A DNA stretch of 64,000 nt from a virus. Its lineage: Duplodnaviria > Caudoviricetes. Each line of letters begins with the position of its first letter. The first letter of the stretch is position 1. The DNA is taken from positions 95,891 to 159,890 of IMG/VR virus record IMGVR_UViG_3300014204_000116; one strand, written 5' to 3'. This document shows, piece by piece, positions 62,784 to 64,000 of the stretch. The notes under the pieces were generated by a model that did no database searches, was not told the origin of the DNA, and saw nothing but the letters and a program-made list of their open reading frames with translations. A program made the position numbers and the translations under genes.

Positions 62784-64000
62784 ATGATGAGCACAATACT
62801 TGAGCACTTTCCATTACCCATCCCGAGGCTTGGACAAAAGCAGTCTATTGAATTCATCCAGGACATGATCGCGGATGATGTTCGGGACATCGTAATCGAA
62901 GCACCGACAGGCTTGGGAAAGTCAGCGGTGGGCGCAGCGTGTTGCCATTGGGCCGGAACTTTTCCGCTTGTGACACAGGGAAATGTGGAGATTCGACCTG
63001 GCGGATATTACCTGGTGACGCAGAAGGCGTTGCAAGATCAAATCGTCGTGGATGTCCGGCAACAATTTAAGAATAAAGACTTTGCTTCGCTGAAGTCCTC
63101 GGAGACATACTCCTGCGATGGCCACGGTAACTGCCAAATTGGCATGTTGGTGGATAAATCTCGCGCCTGCGAAGGCCGCAAGGAAGGCTATTGCCCCTAT
63201 ATCCGAGCACGGGAGGCCTTTGGCAGGGCCACATTCTCGCTGACGAATTACGCCTATTTCATGACCGAGAAATTGCTCGTCGGGCAGCTTCCTCCCCGCC
63301 AGGTCATGGTACTCGACGAGTGTCATACGTTAGAGCGGACTTTGCTCAAGTTTGGCGAGCTGGTATTCACGCAAGCGCTATTCAGGGACTGGGGGATGAC
63401 CCCTCTCAAAGTGCCGGAGTACGACGACATGGACACGTTTATCAAGTGGGTCGATACGATGTACCTTCCTATCGTTAATGACCGGCTGGAGGCCCTAAAG
63501 AGCTATGTTTTGGCTGATCCCAACGCAGCCCAAGACCGTAAAGTTAAGGCGCGCATAACGGCTCTTCAAAATCAGCAGCTTCGGGCCAAGGTAGCCGTCA
63601 GTAATGCGCGAGAACACCCGGATGACTGGGTTTATTGGTGCGACGAGACCGAAAAGGACGGCACCATAGCCAATTTGAAGCCGCTACAATCAGCGCCATA
63701 CGCCCCTCTACTCCTGGAGGGAGCGCGCTATCGGATTTACATGTCGGCATATCCGGGGGATCAGGATCTGTTTTGCCAAAGCCTGGGCCTAGACCCGGAA
63801 ACGGTTGCCTGGATAAAGCTGCCATCGGCGTTCAAGCCAGAGAGCAGGCCGATTGTAATGGGAATGATCGGGTCGATGAGCAAGAAAAATCAGGGTACCA
63901 CCCTTCCTGCGCTGTTGCGAGTTGTAGACAAAATCATGACGCAGCACCATAACGAGAAGGGGCTTATACACTGCAACTCGTACGTTTTAGGCGAGAAGAT
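62784..64000 (+). CDS. DinG/XPD-family Fe-S DNA helicase, 3'-truncated (absent from ORF track)
   Basis: Read by hand: PRLGQ (Q motif), IEAPTGLGKS, TQKALQDQ, four Cys (YSC, NC, AC, YCPY), TNYAYF, VLDECH, YMSA, GLIHCNSY. Confidence 0.9.
   Translation, partial: MMSTILEHFPLPIPRLGQKQSIEFIQDMIADDVRDIVIEAPTGLGKSAVGAACCHWAGTFPLVTQGNVEIRPGGYYLVTQKALQDQIVVDVRQQFKNKDFASLKSSETYSCDGHGNCQIGMLVDKSRACEGRKEGYCPYIRAREAFGRATFSLTNYAYFMTEKLLVGQLPPRQVMVLDECHTLERTLLKFGELVFTQALFRDWGMTPLKVPEYDDMDTFIKWVDTMYLPIVNDRLEALKSYVLADPNAAQDRKVKARITALQNQQLRAKVAVSNAREHPDDWVYWCDETEKDGTIANLKPLQSAPYAPLLLEGARYRIYMSAYPGDQDLFCQSLGLDPETVAWIKLPSAFKPESRPIVMGMIGSMSKKNQGTTLPALLRVVDKIMTQHHNEKGLIHCNSYVLGEK

Noticed and set aside
62922-63971. 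Short ORFs listed at the right end
   Set aside because: They overlap the continuous DinG-like helicase frame that starts at 62784 and runs off the window.
1-64000. tRNA/tmRNA genes and stop-codon recoding often seen in jumbo phages
   Set aside because: I found no cloverleaf with a T-loop in the intergenic gaps by eye. Known genes are intact and TAA, TAG and TGA all end genes with tight coupling, which fits code 11.

Overview
This window looks like a segment of a large tailed dsDNA (myovirus-like, probably jumbo) phage genome in the standard genetic code. The left part (about 1.4-22.8 kb) is a dense plus-strand run of small early/accessory genes. It includes an adenine methyltransferase, GIY-YIG nuclease, pilin-like protein, lipoproteins, a DSP phosphatase, an Acb2/Tad1-like protein, thyX, a glycosyltransferase and a nucleoside deoxyribosyltransferase-like protein, driven by sigma70-type promoters that sit only 6-11 nt before start codons. 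The right part holds morphogenesis genes: a terminase large subunit with two inteins, gp53/LysM-like and baseplate J-like proteins, and fibre proteins. It also holds gmd, an HldC/RfaE-like gene, a RuvC-like gene and a DinG-like helicase running off the end. Protein motifs hint at a Verrucomicrobia/PVC host (inference). Four observations stand out. (1) A shared A-x-x-[IV]-V-x-x-L-L-x-[ED] helical tag occurs on about a dozen unrelated proteins and between domains of a 1434-aa polyprotein with four Imm5-like repeats, suggesting a tag-and-cleave capsid cargo system. (2) A GTWNTTA motif lies mostly 11-17 nt upstream of late genes. (3) A stand-alone promoter/multi-hairpin/terminator unit at 16.34-16.65 kb is a candidate ncRNA. 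(4) A three-way-junction RNA candidate lies at 37.43-37.52 kb. Family assignments come from motif recognition by eye; no searches were run.
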